Shown here: one piece after another, positions 43,263-54,250 of the stretch
How positions within the stretch are numbered: position 1 is the stretch's first letter
Layout: every line of letters starts with the position of its first letter
Source: Candidatus Hydrothermales bacterium
GTDB lineage: Bacteria; Hydrothermota; Hydrothermia; Hydrothermales; JAJRUZ01
Length of the DNA: 64,000 bases
Direction of reading: 5' to 3'
NCBI GenBank assembly: GCA_039630575.1
Contig: JBCNUW010000002.1
Coordinates: 64,001-128,000, forward strand
The notes under the pieces: model-generated
The model's database searches: none
What the model saw: the letters and a program-made list of their open reading frames with translations, nothing else
What the model was told of the DNA's origin: nothing
Position numbers and translations under genes: made by a program

Positions 43263-43906
43263 TTCTGTTTTACTCTTTTAGGACTCCTAATAATAACTAT
43301 TGATCCATTAGGACCAGGAACCGATCCCTTTAATCCTATTATCTTATTTTCTGTATCAACATATACAACCTTTAAGTTATGAATGGTCTCTCTTTCATTT
43401 CCATAATGACCAGCCATCTTTTTCCCTTTCCAAACTCTCCCGGGATCTGTTGTTTGGCCAATTGAACCAGGTCTTCTATGAGACATTGATCCATGAGAAG
43501 CTGGACCACCAGCGAAATTCCATCTTTTCACTACACCAGAAAAACCTCTACCTTTGGTAAATCCAATAACATCTACAGTCTCTTCAGTCTGAAAGATTGA
43601 AGGTGATAGTTCAGAACCAACTCCAAAAATTTGTGAATCAAATTCACCCCTTATCTCTTTTATCAATTCAGCAGGATATTCCTCTCTATCCCCAAAAACT
43701 TTTTTTAATTCACCTAAAAGAGGTCTTTTTATCCTTTTAACCTTCTTTTTACCAATACAAAGCTTTACTGCTGAATAACCATCCTTTTCTTTAGTTCGAA
43801 CTCCCAGAACATATACGTTATCTACATGTAAAAGTGTACATGGAATGATACTTTCCTTATAAGGAATTCTTGTCATTCCAATTTTTCTTGCCAAAAGAGC
43901 TTTCAT
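43259..43906 (-). CDS. rplC: 50S ribosomal protein L3
   Basis: KIGMT, KGRGF.GVVKR and HRRPGSIG. Confidence 0.96.
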   Translation of the reverse strand: MKALLARKIGMTRIPYKESIIPCTLLHVDNVYVLGVRTKEKDGYSAVKLCIGKKKVKRIKRPLLGELKKVFGDREEYPAELIKEIRGEFDSQIFGVGSELSPSIFQTEETVDVIGFTKGRGFSGVVKRWNFAGGPASHGSMSHRRPGSIGQTTDPGRVWKGKKMAGHYGNERETIHNLKVVYVDTENKIIGLKGSVPGPNGSIVIIRSPKRVKQK

Positions 43907-44226
43907 TTTTCAACACTCACTTCAATTTTTACATCAACACCAGCTGGGAGATCAAGCTTTGACAGCTTCTCAACTGTTTCCTGAGTTGGATTTATTATCT
44001 CTATTAATCTTTTATGGACAGAATAAAAAAACTGTTCTCTTGAGGTTTTATGAACAAAGGGACTTCTTATTACACTTATTAATGTTTTCTTTGTAGGTAA
44101 TGGAATGGGACCCCTAACATCAGCTCCTGTTCCCCGAGCTGTTAAAGCAATCCTTTTTGCTGATTTTTCAATGAGCCTAGGGTCAAAACTCTTTAACTTT
44201 ATCCTTATCTTTTCAGTTAATGGCAT
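43903..44226 (-). CDS. rpsJ: 30S ribosomal protein S10
   Basis: IRIKLKSFD, GPIPLPT and LPAGVDV. Confidence 0.96.
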   Translation of the reverse strand: MPLTEKIRIKLKSFDPRLIEKSAKRIALTARGTGADVRGPIPLPTKKTLISVIRSPFVHKTSREQFFYSVHKRLIEIINPTQETVEKLSKLDLPAGVDVKIEVSVEK

Positions 44227-44232
44227 ATCTTC

Positions 44233-45447
44233 TTAATCTATGATATCTGTTATTACTCCTGCACCAACTGTTTTTCCGCCTTCTCTTATAGCAAACCGAA
44301 GTTCCTTCTCCATTGCAACAGGGTACATAAGCTCAACCTCAAGATTAACATGATCACCAGGCATAACCATTTCTCTCCCTTCTGGAAGTTTTATTGAACC
44401 TGTGACATCTGTTGTTCTAAAATAAAATTGAGGCTTATAACCTGTAAAGAAAGGAGTATGTCTTCCTCCTTCCTCTTTTGTAAGAACATAAACCTGTGCC
44501 CTAAATTTTGTGTGGGGTGTAATAGTGTTGGGTTTTGCAAGAACCATTCCTCTTTCAACCTCGTCCTTACCTATTCCTCTTAAAAGAATACCCACATTAT
44601 CTCCTGCTCTTGCCTCATCAAGTACCTTTCTAAACATTTCAACAGATGTAGCTACGGTTTTTCGAGTGGGTCCAAAACCAACAATCTCTACCTCATCTCC
44701 AGGCTTTAAAGTTCCTCTTTCAACTCTTCCTGTTACTACTGTTCCTCTACCAGTAATTGAGAAAACATCTTCAATAGCCATTAAAAAGGGTCTATCTATT
44801 TCTCTTATAGGATCTGGAATATAATTATCCATTGCATCTATTAACTCCCAAATTTTACCACAATGTTCACATTCCCTCTTACCACATCCACACCTCATTG
44901 CATTTAAAGCACTACCTCTTATAACAGGAACCTCATTTCCTGGAAACTCGTATTTTTTCAAAAGATCTCTCACCTCTTCTTCAACAAGATCTACTATCTC
45001 AGGATCATCTACTGCATCTACCTTGTTAATAAATACAACTATATAAGGCACGTTTACCTGTCTTGCCAAAAGAACATGTTCTCTTGTCTGCGGCATAACT
45101 GAATCAACAGCTGAAACTACCAAAATAGAACCATCCATTTGAGCAGCACCTGTTATCATGTTCTTTATATAGTCATGATGACCAGGACAATCGATATGGG
45201 CATAATGTCTTTTCTCTGACTCATACTCTACATGAGCAAGATTAACGGTTAAAATCTTAGTTTCATCCCTTCTAAAAAGCTTAACATCAGCCTTTGCTAC
45301 CTGCTCATACTCCTGCTCAACAGCAAGACCATGCTTGGAAAGTACTTTTGTAATAGCAGAAGTCAAAGTAGTCTTACCATGGTCAATGTGACCTATCGTA
45401 CCCACATTAACATGCGTCTTCTTTCTTTCAAATTTAGGTTTACTCAT
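44233..45447 (-). CDS. tuf: Elongation factor Tu
   Basis: MSKPKFER start at 45447; [17 protein letters not shown] and FAIREGG. Confidence 0.97.
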   Translation of the reverse strand: MSKPKFERKKTHVNVGTIGHIDHGKTTLTSAITKVLSKHGLAVEQEYEQVAKADVKLFRRDETKILTVNLAHVEYESEKRHYAHIDCPGHHDYIKNMITGAAQMDGSILVVSAVDSVMPQTREHVLLARQVNVPYIVVFINKVDAVDDPEIVDLVEEEVRDLLKKYEFPGNEVPVIRGSALNAMRCGCGKRECEHCGKIWELIDAMDNYIPDPIREIDRPFLMAIEDVFSITGRGTVVTGRVERGTLKPGDEVEIVGFGPTRKTVATSVEMFRKVLDEARAGDNVGILLRGIGKDEVERGMVLAKPNTITPHTKFRAQVYVLTKEEGGRHTPFFTGYKPQFYFRTTDVTGSIKLPEGREMVMPGDHVNLEVELMYPVAMEKELRFAIREGGKTVGAGVITDIID

Positions 45448-45467
45448 TTTAAAAATATAACTTTCCA

Positions 45468-45480
45468 GGGATTTGAACCC
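45468..45480 (-). promoter_or_regulatory. T-loop-like leader motif GGGTTCAAATCCC upstream of tuf
   Basis: Core ends 21 nt before the tuf ATG; recurs upstream of rpsL, mdh and 59470. Confidence 0.6.
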
Positions 45481-45532
45481 ATTGGGTCCTTTCAAAATAA
45501 TTTTAAAATTTTAAAATAATAATTTAATTATT

Positions 45533-47581
45533 TTAATATAAAAATTCTTTTTTTTCAAGTTTAGCTTCTCTAAATGAACTAACCTTCATCCAAATTCCTG
45601 CCTTTCCTTTTGTGTGTGATCTTAAAACAGTAACATATCCAAAAGTATTTTTAAGGGGCATCTCAGCAACTATTTTTATAATGTCAAAACCTTGTAAAAT
45701 ATCCTTTTCTATTATTTCTGCTTCTCGCTGCATGAGATCCTGAATCACATTCCCGATAAATTCGTGTGGCACAGTTATCTCTAAATAAGAATAGGGTTCA
45801 AGTAATACGGGTTCCGAAGTTTTTATCAATTCTTTTCCAGCCTCATGTATTGCTAATCTCAAACCTAATGGAGTTGTTCTTTCTATATTATATACTCTTT
45901 TAAGAATCATTTTTACATCTATTAACGGGTAACCTGCTATTACACCAAAATCAAGAAGCTCTTTCATAGAGCTATAAGCCACTTCTTTCAACTCTCCTTC
46001 TAAATTCAAGTTTTCATCTATCAAAATTTCGTTTCTCATAGAGCTTCTTATTGGTTCAACTTTTAATAGTACTTTACCGTACTGTTCCTCTCCACCTATA
46101 TTTTTCTTGATTTCTTTTATAATTTCTCCACTTATACTTATACTCTCCCTATAATGAACCTGAGGTTTTAATGCTCTAAAATCTAATTTATGGTCTCTTT
46201 TTAACCTATCCAATATAATCTCAAGATGAAGCTCTCCCATTCCTGATATTATAATTTGACCGGTTTCCTCGTCAATTTTTAAATTAAAGGTTGGATCCTC
46301 TTCTACCATCCATTTTAATCTTTCCTCTATTTTTTTGAAATCTTTTGAAGAAATTGGCTCTATAGCCTGTGAAACTACGGGTTCAGGAAAAAGCATCTCT
46401 TCATATAAAATTGAGTGTTCATGTGAACAAATAGTGTCTCCAGTCTTTATTTCTTTTGGACCTACTATTCCAACTATTTCACCACATATAGCTTCCCTTA
46501 TTGCGTTTTTTTTATTTGCATGAAGTCTGTAGAGACGTTGAATTCTTGTAACTTCATTTGTTCTTGGATTATATATCTTCTCCCCTTGAGAAATTTTTCC
46601 TGAATATATTCTTACATAACACAACTTACCCATATCTTCAAAAATTTGAACCTTAAAAACAACTCCACTAAAATGGTCATTTGGATCAGGATTTCTAAAA
46701 ATTTCATTTCTAGTTAAAGGATCTATCCCTCTTATTTTTCCTCTATCAATTGGAGATGGCAAATATTCACAGATTGCATCTAAAAGTGGTTGAATACCTT
46801 TGTTTTTTAAGGCTGAACCAATCAAAACTGGTAAAAATCTTTTCTCTAAAACTCCCTTTCTTATCGCATTGTTAACTTTAAAAGAGTTTACAAAGCCCTT
46901 TTCATAATATTCATCTGCAATACTCTCATCTATTTCCGAAAGAGTTATAATCATATCTTCATAATAATTTTTAGCATCTTCCTTTAGACTATCTATCGGT
47001 AAAAAAGAATATTCGATTCCTAATTCATCTTTATCCCAGAGTATTTTTTTATTTTCAACAAAGTGAAAAACACCTAAAAATTGAGTTTCCAAACCAACTG
47101 GCCATTCAAGTAAAAGAGGTTTAATTTTAAATTTTTTTTCAATTTGATTCAAAACTTTTAAGTGGTCAGCACCCTGTCTATCCATTTTATTTATGAAAGC
47201 TATTCTCGGTACATTAAACTTTTCAGCTTGTCTCCATATTGTCTCAGATTGTGGTTCAACTCCCTCTACTGCTGAAAAGATTATCACAAGACCGTCAAGA
47301 ATTCTCATAGACCTTTCAACCTCTACTGTAAAATCTACATGTCCAGGTGTATCAACAATGTGTATTAGGTAATTTTTCCATTCGCAAAAAGTTGCAGCAG
47401 CCTGAATTGTAATTCCTCTCTCTTTCTCCTGAATCATATAGTCCATTGTGGCTGTACCCTCATCCACCTCACCCATTCTATGTATCCTATGAGTATAAAA
47501 AAGAATCCTCTCAGTAGTTGTAGTTTTACCTGCATCTATATGAGCAGCAAAACCGATATTACGTATTTTACTTATGTCCAT
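45533..47581 (-). CDS. fusA: Elongation factor G (divergent domain IV)
   Basis: AHIDAGKT, RGITI, DTPGH, NKMD and GMGELHLE; str operon position. Confidence 0.93.
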   Translation of the reverse strand: MDISKIRNIGFAAHIDAGKTTTTERILFYTHRIHRMGEVDEGTATMDYMIQEKERGITIQAAATFCEWKNYLIHIVDTPGHVDFTVEVERSMRILDGLVIIFSAVEGVEPQSETIWRQAEKFNVPRIAFINKMDRQGADHLKVLNQIEKKFKIKPLLLEWPVGLETQFLGVFHFVENKKILWDKDELGIEYSFLPIDSLKEDAKNYYEDMIITLSEIDESIADEYYEKGFVNSFKVNNAIRKGVLEKRFLPVLIGSALKNKGIQPLLDAICEYLPSPIDRGKIRGIDPLTRNEIFRNPDPNDHFSGVVFKVQIFEDMGKLCYVRIYSGKISQGEKIYNPRTNEVTRIQRLYRLHANKKNAIREAICGEIVGIVGPKEIKTGDTICSHEHSILYEEMLFPEPVVSQAIEPISSKDFKKIEERLKWMVEEDPTFNLKIDEETGQIIISGMGELHLEIILDRLKRDHKLDFRALKPQVHYRESISISGEIIKEIKKNIGGEEQYGKVLLKVEPIRSSMRNEILIDENLNLEGELKEVAYSSMKELLDFGVIAGYPLIDVKMILKRVYNIERTTPLGLRLAIHEAGKELIKTSEPVLLEPYSYLEITVPHEFIGNVIQDLMQREAEIIEKDILQGFDIIKIVAEMPLKNTFGYVTVLRSHTKGKAGIWMKVSSFREAKLEKKEFLY

Positions 47582-47649
47582 TTGGCCAATTTTTGGAATT
47601 TAATTTTAAAAAAATTAACTTTTTCTTTTAAAAAAAAATTTTATACTTT

Positions 47650-48117
47650 TTACCATCTAAAGTGTGCAAAGGCTCTGTTTGCCTCTGCCATTTTGTGGGT
47701 ATTTTCTCTTATCTTAACTGCTCCGCCTTCATTATTTGCAGCACTTATTAACTCCTTTGCCAACTTCTCTATCATTCCTCTTTCTCCTCTCTCTCGCGCT
47801 GATTTTATAATCCATTTTATAGCAAGAGAAACTTGCCTTTTCGGTCTTACCTCAACTGGCACCTGATAGGTAGCTCCTCCAACTCTCCTCGGTCTCACCT
47901 CAAGAGTAGGCTTTACATTCTCTATTGCTTTTTCAAAAACTTTTAATGGATCTTCACCTGTAAGATCTTGAATTCTCTTCATTGCATTATAAAATATTTT
48001 CATCGCAATACTTTTTTTACCATCCCACATCAAGTTGTTAATAAACTTCATAACAAGGGGTGAATTATAAATAGGATCTGTTGGTATTTTTCTTTCAGGT
48101 GCTCTTCTTCTTCTCAT
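47650..48117 (-). CDS. rpsG: 30S ribosomal protein S7
   Basis: [11 protein letters not shown] and [13 protein letters not shown]. Confidence 0.97.
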   Translation of the reverse strand: MRRRRAPERKIPTDPIYNSPLVMKFINNLMWDGKKSIAMKIFYNAMKRIQDLTGEDPLKVFEKAIENVKPTLEVRPRRVGGATYQVPVEVRPKRQVSLAIKWIIKSARERGERGMIEKLAKELISAANNEGGAVKIRENTHKMAEANRAFAHFRW

Positions 48118-48122
48118 ATTTT

Positions 48123-48503
48123 TTAACCCTCCTTCTTTTTCCTTTTAGTACCATAAAGACTTCTTGAACTTGCCCTATTTGCCACACCTGCACAATCATA
48201 AACTCCTCTAACTATATGATACTTTACTCCAGGTAAATCTTTTACTCTCCCTCCTCTAACAAGAACGACTGAGTGTTCTTGAAGGTTGTGCCCTTCTCCC
48301 GGTATGTAGGCAATCACCTCTCTACCATTCGAAAGTCTCACTTTAGCTACCTTCCTTAAAGCTGAGTTTGGTTTTTTGGGGCTAGTTGTATATACACGTA
48401 TACAAACTCCTCTTTTTTGTGGACATGATTCAAGAGCAATACTTTTAGATTTTTTTCTCTTCTTTTTTCTTTTATGTCGTATAATTTGGTTTATAGTAGG
48501 CAT
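48123..48503 (-). CDS. rpsL: 30S ribosomal protein S12
   Basis: [16 protein letters not shown] and RVKDLPGV. Confidence 0.97.
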   Translation of the reverse strand: MPTINQIIRHKRKKKRKKSKSIALESCPQKRGVCIRVYTTSPKKPNSALRKVAKVRLSNGREVIAYIPGEGHNLQEHSVVLVRGGRVKDLPGVKYHIVRGVYDCAGVANRASSRSLYGTKRKKKEG

Positions 48504-48532
48504 TAATTTTTTTAAAATGCTATTTTTATTAT

Positions 48533-48543
48533 GGATTTGAACC
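48533..48543 (-). promoter_or_regulatory. T-loop-like leader motif GGTTCAAATCC upstream of rpsL
   Basis: 29 nt before the ATG, downstream of TATAAT/TATATT boxes. Confidence 0.6.
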
Positions 48544-49017
48544 GAAATTTAATATAATTATAAAAGTTAAAAAGAAAAAAATCAAATAATTTTATAATTT
48601 TATAACATTTTAGACTGATTAAAATATTACTTTAAAGGTTCGTAATGTATAATTCCTTAAACATTTAAAACTTTTTTAAAGAACATGATAAATTAACATT
48701 CACAATCTTACTTTGTAATAAATAAACAAAAACAAATTTTTCCTAATATGAATCTACAGATTACTTTCTCAACTCTTACATAAAACTTTCTTTGGATTTA
48801 ATTAGATTATGATCATTAAAAACTATGATCTATTTTCATACAAAGTTTACAAGGTAACATCTTAAACTCATCTCATCTAACTTTTTTTACTTTCCTATCT
48901 TTGTCGGAGTTCTATCAGCGATTTTTACACTTCAGAGTTCGAATAAAATATCTAAAATAAGTAAGTTCCCTTTAACTTTTGACTTACATCATTCTTTTAT
49001 TATAAACATCAAAACAA

Positions 49018-49046
49018 TTGAAAATTCTGAAAATTTCATTTATAAT
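49018..49046 (+). promoter_or_regulatory. Sigma70-type promoter of the tRNA-Thr/tsaC/purM unit
   Basis: TTGAAA-17 bp-TATAAT. Confidence 0.75.
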
Positions 49047-49054
49047 AGAAAACT

Positions 49055-49127
49055 GCCCGCGTAGCTCAGGCGGTAGAGCACTTCCTTGGTAAGGAAGAGG
49101 CCGCCGGTTCGAGTCCGGCCGCGGGCT
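49055..49127 (+). tRNA. tRNA-Thr(GGT), CCA not encoded
   Basis: Acceptor stem GCCCGCG/CGCGGGC, D arm GCTC/GAGC, anticodon arm CTTCC-TTGGTAA-GGAAG, T arm GCCGG-TTCGAGT-CCGGC. Confidence 0.97.
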
Positions 49128-49140
49128 TTTAAATTAAAAA

Positions 49141-50226
49141 TTGGAACTGAAAACTCCCAAGAAAAGCTTTAGAAAAGCTCTTGAAGTACTTAAAAAAGGA
49201 GGAGTTATAGCTATACCAACTGACACAGTTTCAGGACTTGTAACACCATATTGGTCTCAAGAGGGAGTTAAAAGAATCTTTTCTATTAAAAAAAGAGAAA
49301 GTGAAAAAACTCTTGGTCTTTTTATCTCTCAATCAAAAGAACTTAGACTCTTTACAAAAAACATAACAGAAACAAGAAAAAGATTGATACATAACTTGTG
49401 GCCAGGATCTATATCTCTTTTATTTAAAGCAAAAGAAAATTTACCTGAATATATTGTCCATAGAGAAAAAAAAACAGTATCTGTTAGAATCCCAAATCAT
49501 CCTGTTCCACTTTCCCTTTGCAGTTTAGCAGGACCTCTTGTACAAACTTCAGTTAATATCTCTGGTCATAAAGAAATAAATGATTATGAAGAGATTGAAA
49601 AAAAATTTGGTAAATATGTTGATTTTGTTTATCCTCAAAACTCTTATGGAAATTCTGCCTCAACAATTCTTGACGTATCCAAATATCCCTTTTTGTTATT
49701 ACGAAAAGGACCTATAGGTATAACTCAGATTGAAAGTTTGCTTTTAAAAAAAATAAAAATTTCAAAATCCATCAAAACAAACATCCTATTTGTTTGCAGT
49801 GGAAACACATGTAGATCTCCAATGGCTATGGGTATAATGTATTCACTTTTAAAACAAAATCTAAGGGATTTGGTAAATATTAAATCAGCAGGAGTTGACA
49901 CAATAGATGGACTTTTAATTGCTGAAAATACACTTAAAGTACTTGAGAAGGTATACAACTTAGATCTCAGTTACTATAGAACTAGGAAACTAAAAAAAGA
50001 TGATCTTGAATGGGCAGACTTCATTTATGTTATGGAAAAAAAACACTTAAGAGAAATTCAAAAAATGGGATTTTATGAAAAAGCAAAACTGTTAAACCTC
50101 ATAGATGGATTTAAAGATATACCTGACCCATTCGGTAAGGACTATAGCTACTATCTTTATGTATCAAAACTAATTGAAAAAAATATAAAATTGATTGTTA
50201 AAGAAATAGAGTATAGATACTCATGA
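49141..50226 (+). CDS. tsaC: TsaC/Sua5 threonylcarbamoyl-AMP synthase fused to a low-molecular-weight protein phosphatase
   Basis: IPTDTV.GL, KKR, VRIPNH and TSVN.SG, then FVCSGNTCRSPMA and DIPDPFG. Confidence 0.88.
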   Translation: MELKTPKKSFRKALEVLKKGGVIAIPTDTVSGLVTPYWSQEGVKRIFSIKKRESEKTLGLFISQSKELRLFTKNITETRKRLIHNLWPGSISLLFKAKENLPEYIVHREKKTVSVRIPNHPVPLSLCSLAGPLVQTSVNISGHKEINDYEEIEKKFGKYVDFVYPQNSYGNSASTILDVSKYPFLLLRKGPIGITQIESLLLKKIKISKSIKTNILFVCSGNTCRSPMAMGIMYSLLKQNLRDLVNIKSAGVDTIDGLLIAENTLKVLEKVYNLDLSYYRTRKLKKDDLEWADFIYVMEKKHLREIQKMGFYEKAKLLNLIDGFKDIPDPFGKDYSYYLYVSKLIEKNIKLIVKEIEYRYS

Positions 50227-51188
50227 GGTATAAAGAAGCTGGGGTAGATCTTAAAAAAGCCGAAAGTGTTTCAAAAATTTTTAAAATAATAACAAAACAA
50301 AAGGAAAGATTTTCAGGTATATTTGATCTTGGAGACTATTTTGTTGCTGCTACATGTGATGGAGTAGGTACTAAAACTCAAGTGGCAAGAATTGCCCGTA
50401 AATTTGAAGTTCTTGGTGAAGATATAGTGAATCACTCGGTAAATGATCTTTTATGTCAAGGTGCAAAACCTATTTTTTTCCTAGATTATATTGCTTCATC
50501 AAGCCTTGATTTGAGAGTTGTAAGAAAAATAGCAAAAGGAATATTAAAAGCCCTTAGAGAGAACGGAAATATAGCACTTTTAGGTGGAGAAACTGCAGAA
50601 ATGCCAGACATATATAATAAAAACGAGTGGGACATAGTTGGTTTTTGTGTTGGGCTTTTAAAAAAAGAGAATCTATTACCAAAAAAAATCAAAAAGGGAG
50701 ATTTACTTTTAGGCTTACCATCAAATGGACTTCATACAAATGGGTACTCACTTGCACGTAAAGTTCTTTTAAAAAAATATGATTTAAATAAAAAATTTGA
50801 AGGAAAAACACTTAAAAGTCTTTTACTTAAGCCACATAAAAGTTATTTCAAGATACTTTATCCTCTTATAGAAAAAAAACTTATAAAGGGTTTAGCTCAT
50901 ATAACTGGAGGTGGTATAGAAGGAAATCTAAAGAGAATTTTGCCAAATAGCTTAGGTTTTGATATAGATATAAGAGATGTAGAAAAACCCATAATTTTTG
51001 AGATAATTCAAAAAGAAGGAAATGTTCCTTATGATGAAATGCTAAAGGTATTCAATTTAGGAATAGGAATGATTGTAGTTATAGATGTAAAGGAATTAGA
51101 AAATATAAAAAATTTTTTGATAAAAAAAGGGGAAAAATTTTACATAATTGGTGAAATAACAAAAGGGAGAAAAAGAGTTATATTTTGA
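50223..51188 (+). CDS. purM: Phosphoribosylformylglycinamidine cyclo-ligase
   Basis: YKEAGVD, DGVGTK, GGETAEMP, SNGLHTNGYSL and HITGGG. Confidence 0.96.
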   Translation: MRYKEAGVDLKKAESVSKIFKIITKQKERFSGIFDLGDYFVAATCDGVGTKTQVARIARKFEVLGEDIVNHSVNDLLCQGAKPIFFLDYIASSSLDLRVVRKIAKGILKALRENGNIALLGGETAEMPDIYNKNEWDIVGFCVGLLKKENLLPKKIKKGDLLLGLPSNGLHTNGYSLARKVLLKKYDLNKKFEGKTLKSLLLKPHKSYFKILYPLIEKKLIKGLAHITGGGIEGNLKRILPNSLGFDIDIRDVEKPIIFEIIQKEGNVPYDEMLKVFNLGIGMIVVIDVKELENIKNFLIKKGEKFYIIGEITKGRKRVIF

Positions 51189-51212
51189 GAATTATAAAAA
51201 AGGAGGAAAAAA

Positions 51213-53636
51213 ATGACTGAGAGGCTGATTAATGCACCTATAGAAGAGGAAATGTCAACAAGTTATATCGACTATGCGATGAGTGTAATTGTAGGTAGAG
51301 CTCTTCCTGATGTGAGAGATGGATTAAAACCTGTTCACAGAAGAATTTTATACTCAATGTACGAATCAGGTCTTTTACCAACAAAACCGTTCAAAAAAAG
51401 CGCAACAGTAGTTGGTGATGTACTTGGTAAATTTCATCCCCATGGGGATATGGCTGTTTACGATGCTCTTGTAAGAATGGCACAAGACTTCTCACTTAGA
51501 TATCCACTGATTGAAGGTCAGGGAAATTTCGGTTCTATTGATGGAGATCCTCCAGCAGCATATAGATACACTGAAGTAAGGCTTTCAAAGATAGCTCTGG
51601 AAATGCTTAAAGATTTAGATAAAAACACTGTTGATTTTGTGCCAAATTTCGATGGGAGGTTAAAAGAACCTGTTGTTTTACCATCACTTTTACCAAACTT
51701 GCTTGTAAATGGCTCAACAGGAATAGCTGTAGGAATGTCAACTAATATACCACCCCATAACTTATCTGAAACCGTTGATGCACTTATATATTTAATCGAC
51801 AACCCAGATTGTAAAGACGAAGATCTATTCGAAATTATAAAAGGACCCGACTTTCCTACAGGAGGTTTGATATTAGGTAAAAAGGGGATACATGATTACT
51901 TTAAGATTGGAAGGGGACAAATAGTAATTAGAGGTAAATACTATATTGAAGAAAAGGGCAGAAAGAAAATTATATTTACTGAAATTCCTTATCTTGTAAA
52001 CAAAGCAAGCTTACTTGAAAGAATTGCAGATCTTATAAGAGATAAAAAAATAGAAGGTATACAGGATTTAAGGGATGAATCAGATAGAGATGGTTTAAGA
52101 ATTGTAATTGAACTTAAAAAGAACATTTCTGAGAAACTTATCTTAAATCAACTTTTTAAATACACACAGCTTCAGGATAGATTTAATGTAATTATGTTGA
52201 GCCTTGTTGAAAATGAACCAAAAGTTTTATCTTTAAGAGAAATTTTAAACTACTATCTTAGACACAGAGAGGAGGTTACAAGAAGGAAAACAGAATTTTT
52301 ACTTAAGAAAGCTCAGGAAAGAGCCCATATTTTAGATGGTCTTAAAGTTGCTTTAAAAAACATCGATGAAGTTATCAAAATAATTAAACACTCAAAAGAT
52401 CCAAAAGAAGCAGGTGAAAAGTTGAGAAAAGTTTATAAACTTACAGAATTACAGACTCAGGCAATATTAGAAATGAGACTACAAACTCTTACAAAACTCG
52501 AAATTTCAAAAATTGAGGAAGAGTATGAGAAAATAATTAAGGATATTCAGAAGTATAAAAGAATTTTAGAGGAAAGAAAAATTCTCTTTGAGGAAATAAA
52601 AAAAGAATTAATTGAACTAAAGGAAAAACACGGAGATAAAAGAAAAACAGAGATCTTAGATCAGGAACCAGAGGAAATTGACATCGAAAGTTTAATCAAA
52701 AAAGAAAAAATTCTTATTTTACTTTCAAAAAATGGTTATATAAAAAGGATACAAGGTTCATATTTAAAAACAAAGTCAAGGGGAACTCAAGGTCAAAAAG
52801 GAGTTCTGTTAGATGAGGATGACTTTCCGGAGGATGTTTTTTATTCTTTTTCCCATGATTATGTGCTTTTTGTATCAAATAAAGGAAAAGTTTACTCTTT
52901 AAAAGCCTATGAAATTCCTGAGAGTGGGTTAAGAGGTAAGGGAAAACCTGTAAATACAATTCTTAATTTACCAGATGGAGAGAAAATTGTCGATATGATC
53001 CCAATATCAGAATTCAAAAAGGGTGTTTATCTTTTTCTTATAACAAGAAAAGGTATAATTAAAAAAACTGACATTGAACTTTTTAAAAATGCTGGAAAAA
53101 GAGGTATCACAGGTCAAATCCTAAAGGAAAAAGATGAGACAATAAAAGGTTTACTTGTAACAGATGAAGATGAAGTTATTCTCTTAAAGGAAAACGGTCT
53201 TGCATCGAGAATAATATCAAAAGCAGTAAGACCCATGGGAAGGTCGAGTTATGGAATAATAGGAATAAAAACCAGCGATGCCGAATGTATATCAGGAGCT
53301 GTAATAAAGGAAAATACCACCATTCTTGTTGTAACAGAAAAGGGTTACGGTAAAAGATTTAAACCAGAGGAAATTCCAGCAAAAGGAAGAGGTGCTAAGG
53401 GTGTAATTGTACAAAAGGTAAATGAAAAAACTGGAAAAGCTATTTGGTTAAAAGCCTTTGATGATAAAGATCATCTTGTATTGCTAACAAGTTCATCAAA
53501 ACTATTAAGACAAAAAGTAGAAGAAATTCCTTTAATTTCAAGAGCAACAAGAGGTGTAAGGCTTATAAAAGTAGAGAAGGAAGATAAGGTTGTTGGTTGT
53601 GCAAAAATTCCTTATGAGGAGGAAATGGATGTTTAA
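51213..53636 (+). CDS. gyrA: DNA gyrase subunit A
   Basis: [29 protein letters not shown] and AAYRYTE; beta-pinwheel CTD. Confidence 0.93.
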   Translation: MTERLINAPIEEEMSTSYIDYAMSVIVGRALPDVRDGLKPVHRRILYSMYESGLLPTKPFKKSATVVGDVLGKFHPHGDMAVYDALVRMAQDFSLRYPLIEGQGNFGSIDGDPPAAYRYTEVRLSKIALEMLKDLDKNTVDFVPNFDGRLKEPVVLPSLLPNLLVNGSTGIAVGMSTNIPPHNLSETVDALIYLIDNPDCKDEDLFEIIKGPDFPTGGLILGKKGIHDYFKIGRGQIVIRGKYYIEEKGRKKIIFTEIPYLVNKASLLERIADLIRDKKIEGIQDLRDESDRDGLRIVIELKKNISEKLILNQLFKYTQLQDRFNVIMLSLVENEPKVLSLREILNYYLRHREEVTRRKTEFLLKKAQERAHILDGLKVALKNIDEVIKIIKHSKDPKEAGEKLRKVYKLTELQTQAILEMRLQTLTKLEISKIEEEYEKIIKDIQKYKRILEERKILFEEIKKELIELKEKHGDKRKTEILDQEPEEIDIESLIKKEKILILLSKNGYIKRIQGSYLKTKSRGTQGQKGVLLDEDDFPEDVFYSFSHDYVLFVSNKGKVYSLKAYEIPESGLRGKGKPVNTILNLPDGEKIVDMIPISEFKKGVYLFLITRKGIIKKTDIELFKNAGKRGITGQILKEKDETIKGLLVTDEDEVILLKENGLASRIISKAVRPMGRSSYGIIGIKTSDAECISGAVIKENTTILVVTEKGYGKRFKPEEIPAKGRGAKGVIVQKVNEKTGKAIWLKAFDDKDHLVLLTSSSKLLRQKVEEIPLISRATRGVRLIKVEKEDKVVGCAKIPYEEEMDV

Positions 53637-54246
53637 CATAATTACTTTTTTTCTATTATCGATTAGCCCAATTAGAGGTGCTCTTTTATCTTTAATTGTT
53701 CCTGGTCTTGGACTTAGGCAAATGGGCGAAGATAGGTTGTTTTTAAGTATGGTAGCTGGAGAATTGACGCTATTTTCTTTCTACATTTATGATTTTAAAA
53801 CTAAAGGAGAAATAAGAGAAAGTTACAAGAAATTTGCCTATGAAAATGCTTCAGCTTTCCCTGGAACCGATGATGAAAGGTATTGGAGTGCTGTTGAAAA
53901 TTATTATAGTTATGAATTCTATTACGAATATCTTTTAAGAGAAGCAAGATCTTTGTATCCTGATGAACCTTTAAGGTGGGAAAATTATGCTAATGCCAAT
54001 TCTGTTGCATACAAATGGGCTTGGAAAGATACAACTTCATGGGATGCATTTCTGCATAAAAGAGAAAAAGAAAGAAGAATAGAATCGAGAATGAAAATTC
54101 TTCAGGGATTTGTAATTACCTACCACTTATTTTCTGCGATATACACTTTTGTCTATATTAAGAAAAAGAAAATAAACTTTCAAATAGAGGGAGAAATCGA
54201 GCCATCACAAGATAAGGCCTACCTAAAATTTACTTTCAAGTTCTAA
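53629..54246 (+). CDS. Hypothetical exported/membrane protein
   Basis: Start moved to ATG 53629 (SD GGAGG); A.LSL.VPGLG motif. Confidence 0.7.
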   Translation: MFNIITFFLLSISPIRGALLSLIVPGLGLRQMGEDRLFLSMVAGELTLFSFYIYDFKTKGEIRESYKKFAYENASAFPGTDDERYWSAVENYYSYEFYYEYLLREARSLYPDEPLRWENYANANSVAYKWAWKDTTSWDAFLHKREKERRIESRMKILQGFVITYHLFSAIYTFVYIKKKKINFQIEGEIEPSQDKAYLKFTFKF

Positions 54247-54250
54247 AGAT

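Noticed and set aside
45448..45532. Intact tRNA gene between fusA and tuf
   Set aside because: Only a T-arm-like 13-mer is present, with no acceptor, D or anticodon arms; treated as a leader motif instead.
48550..49010. Hidden gene or ncRNA between rpsL and tRNA-Thr
   Set aside because: No ORF of 60 aa or more and no structured GC-rich segment; may be decayed sequence, but I cannot assign it.
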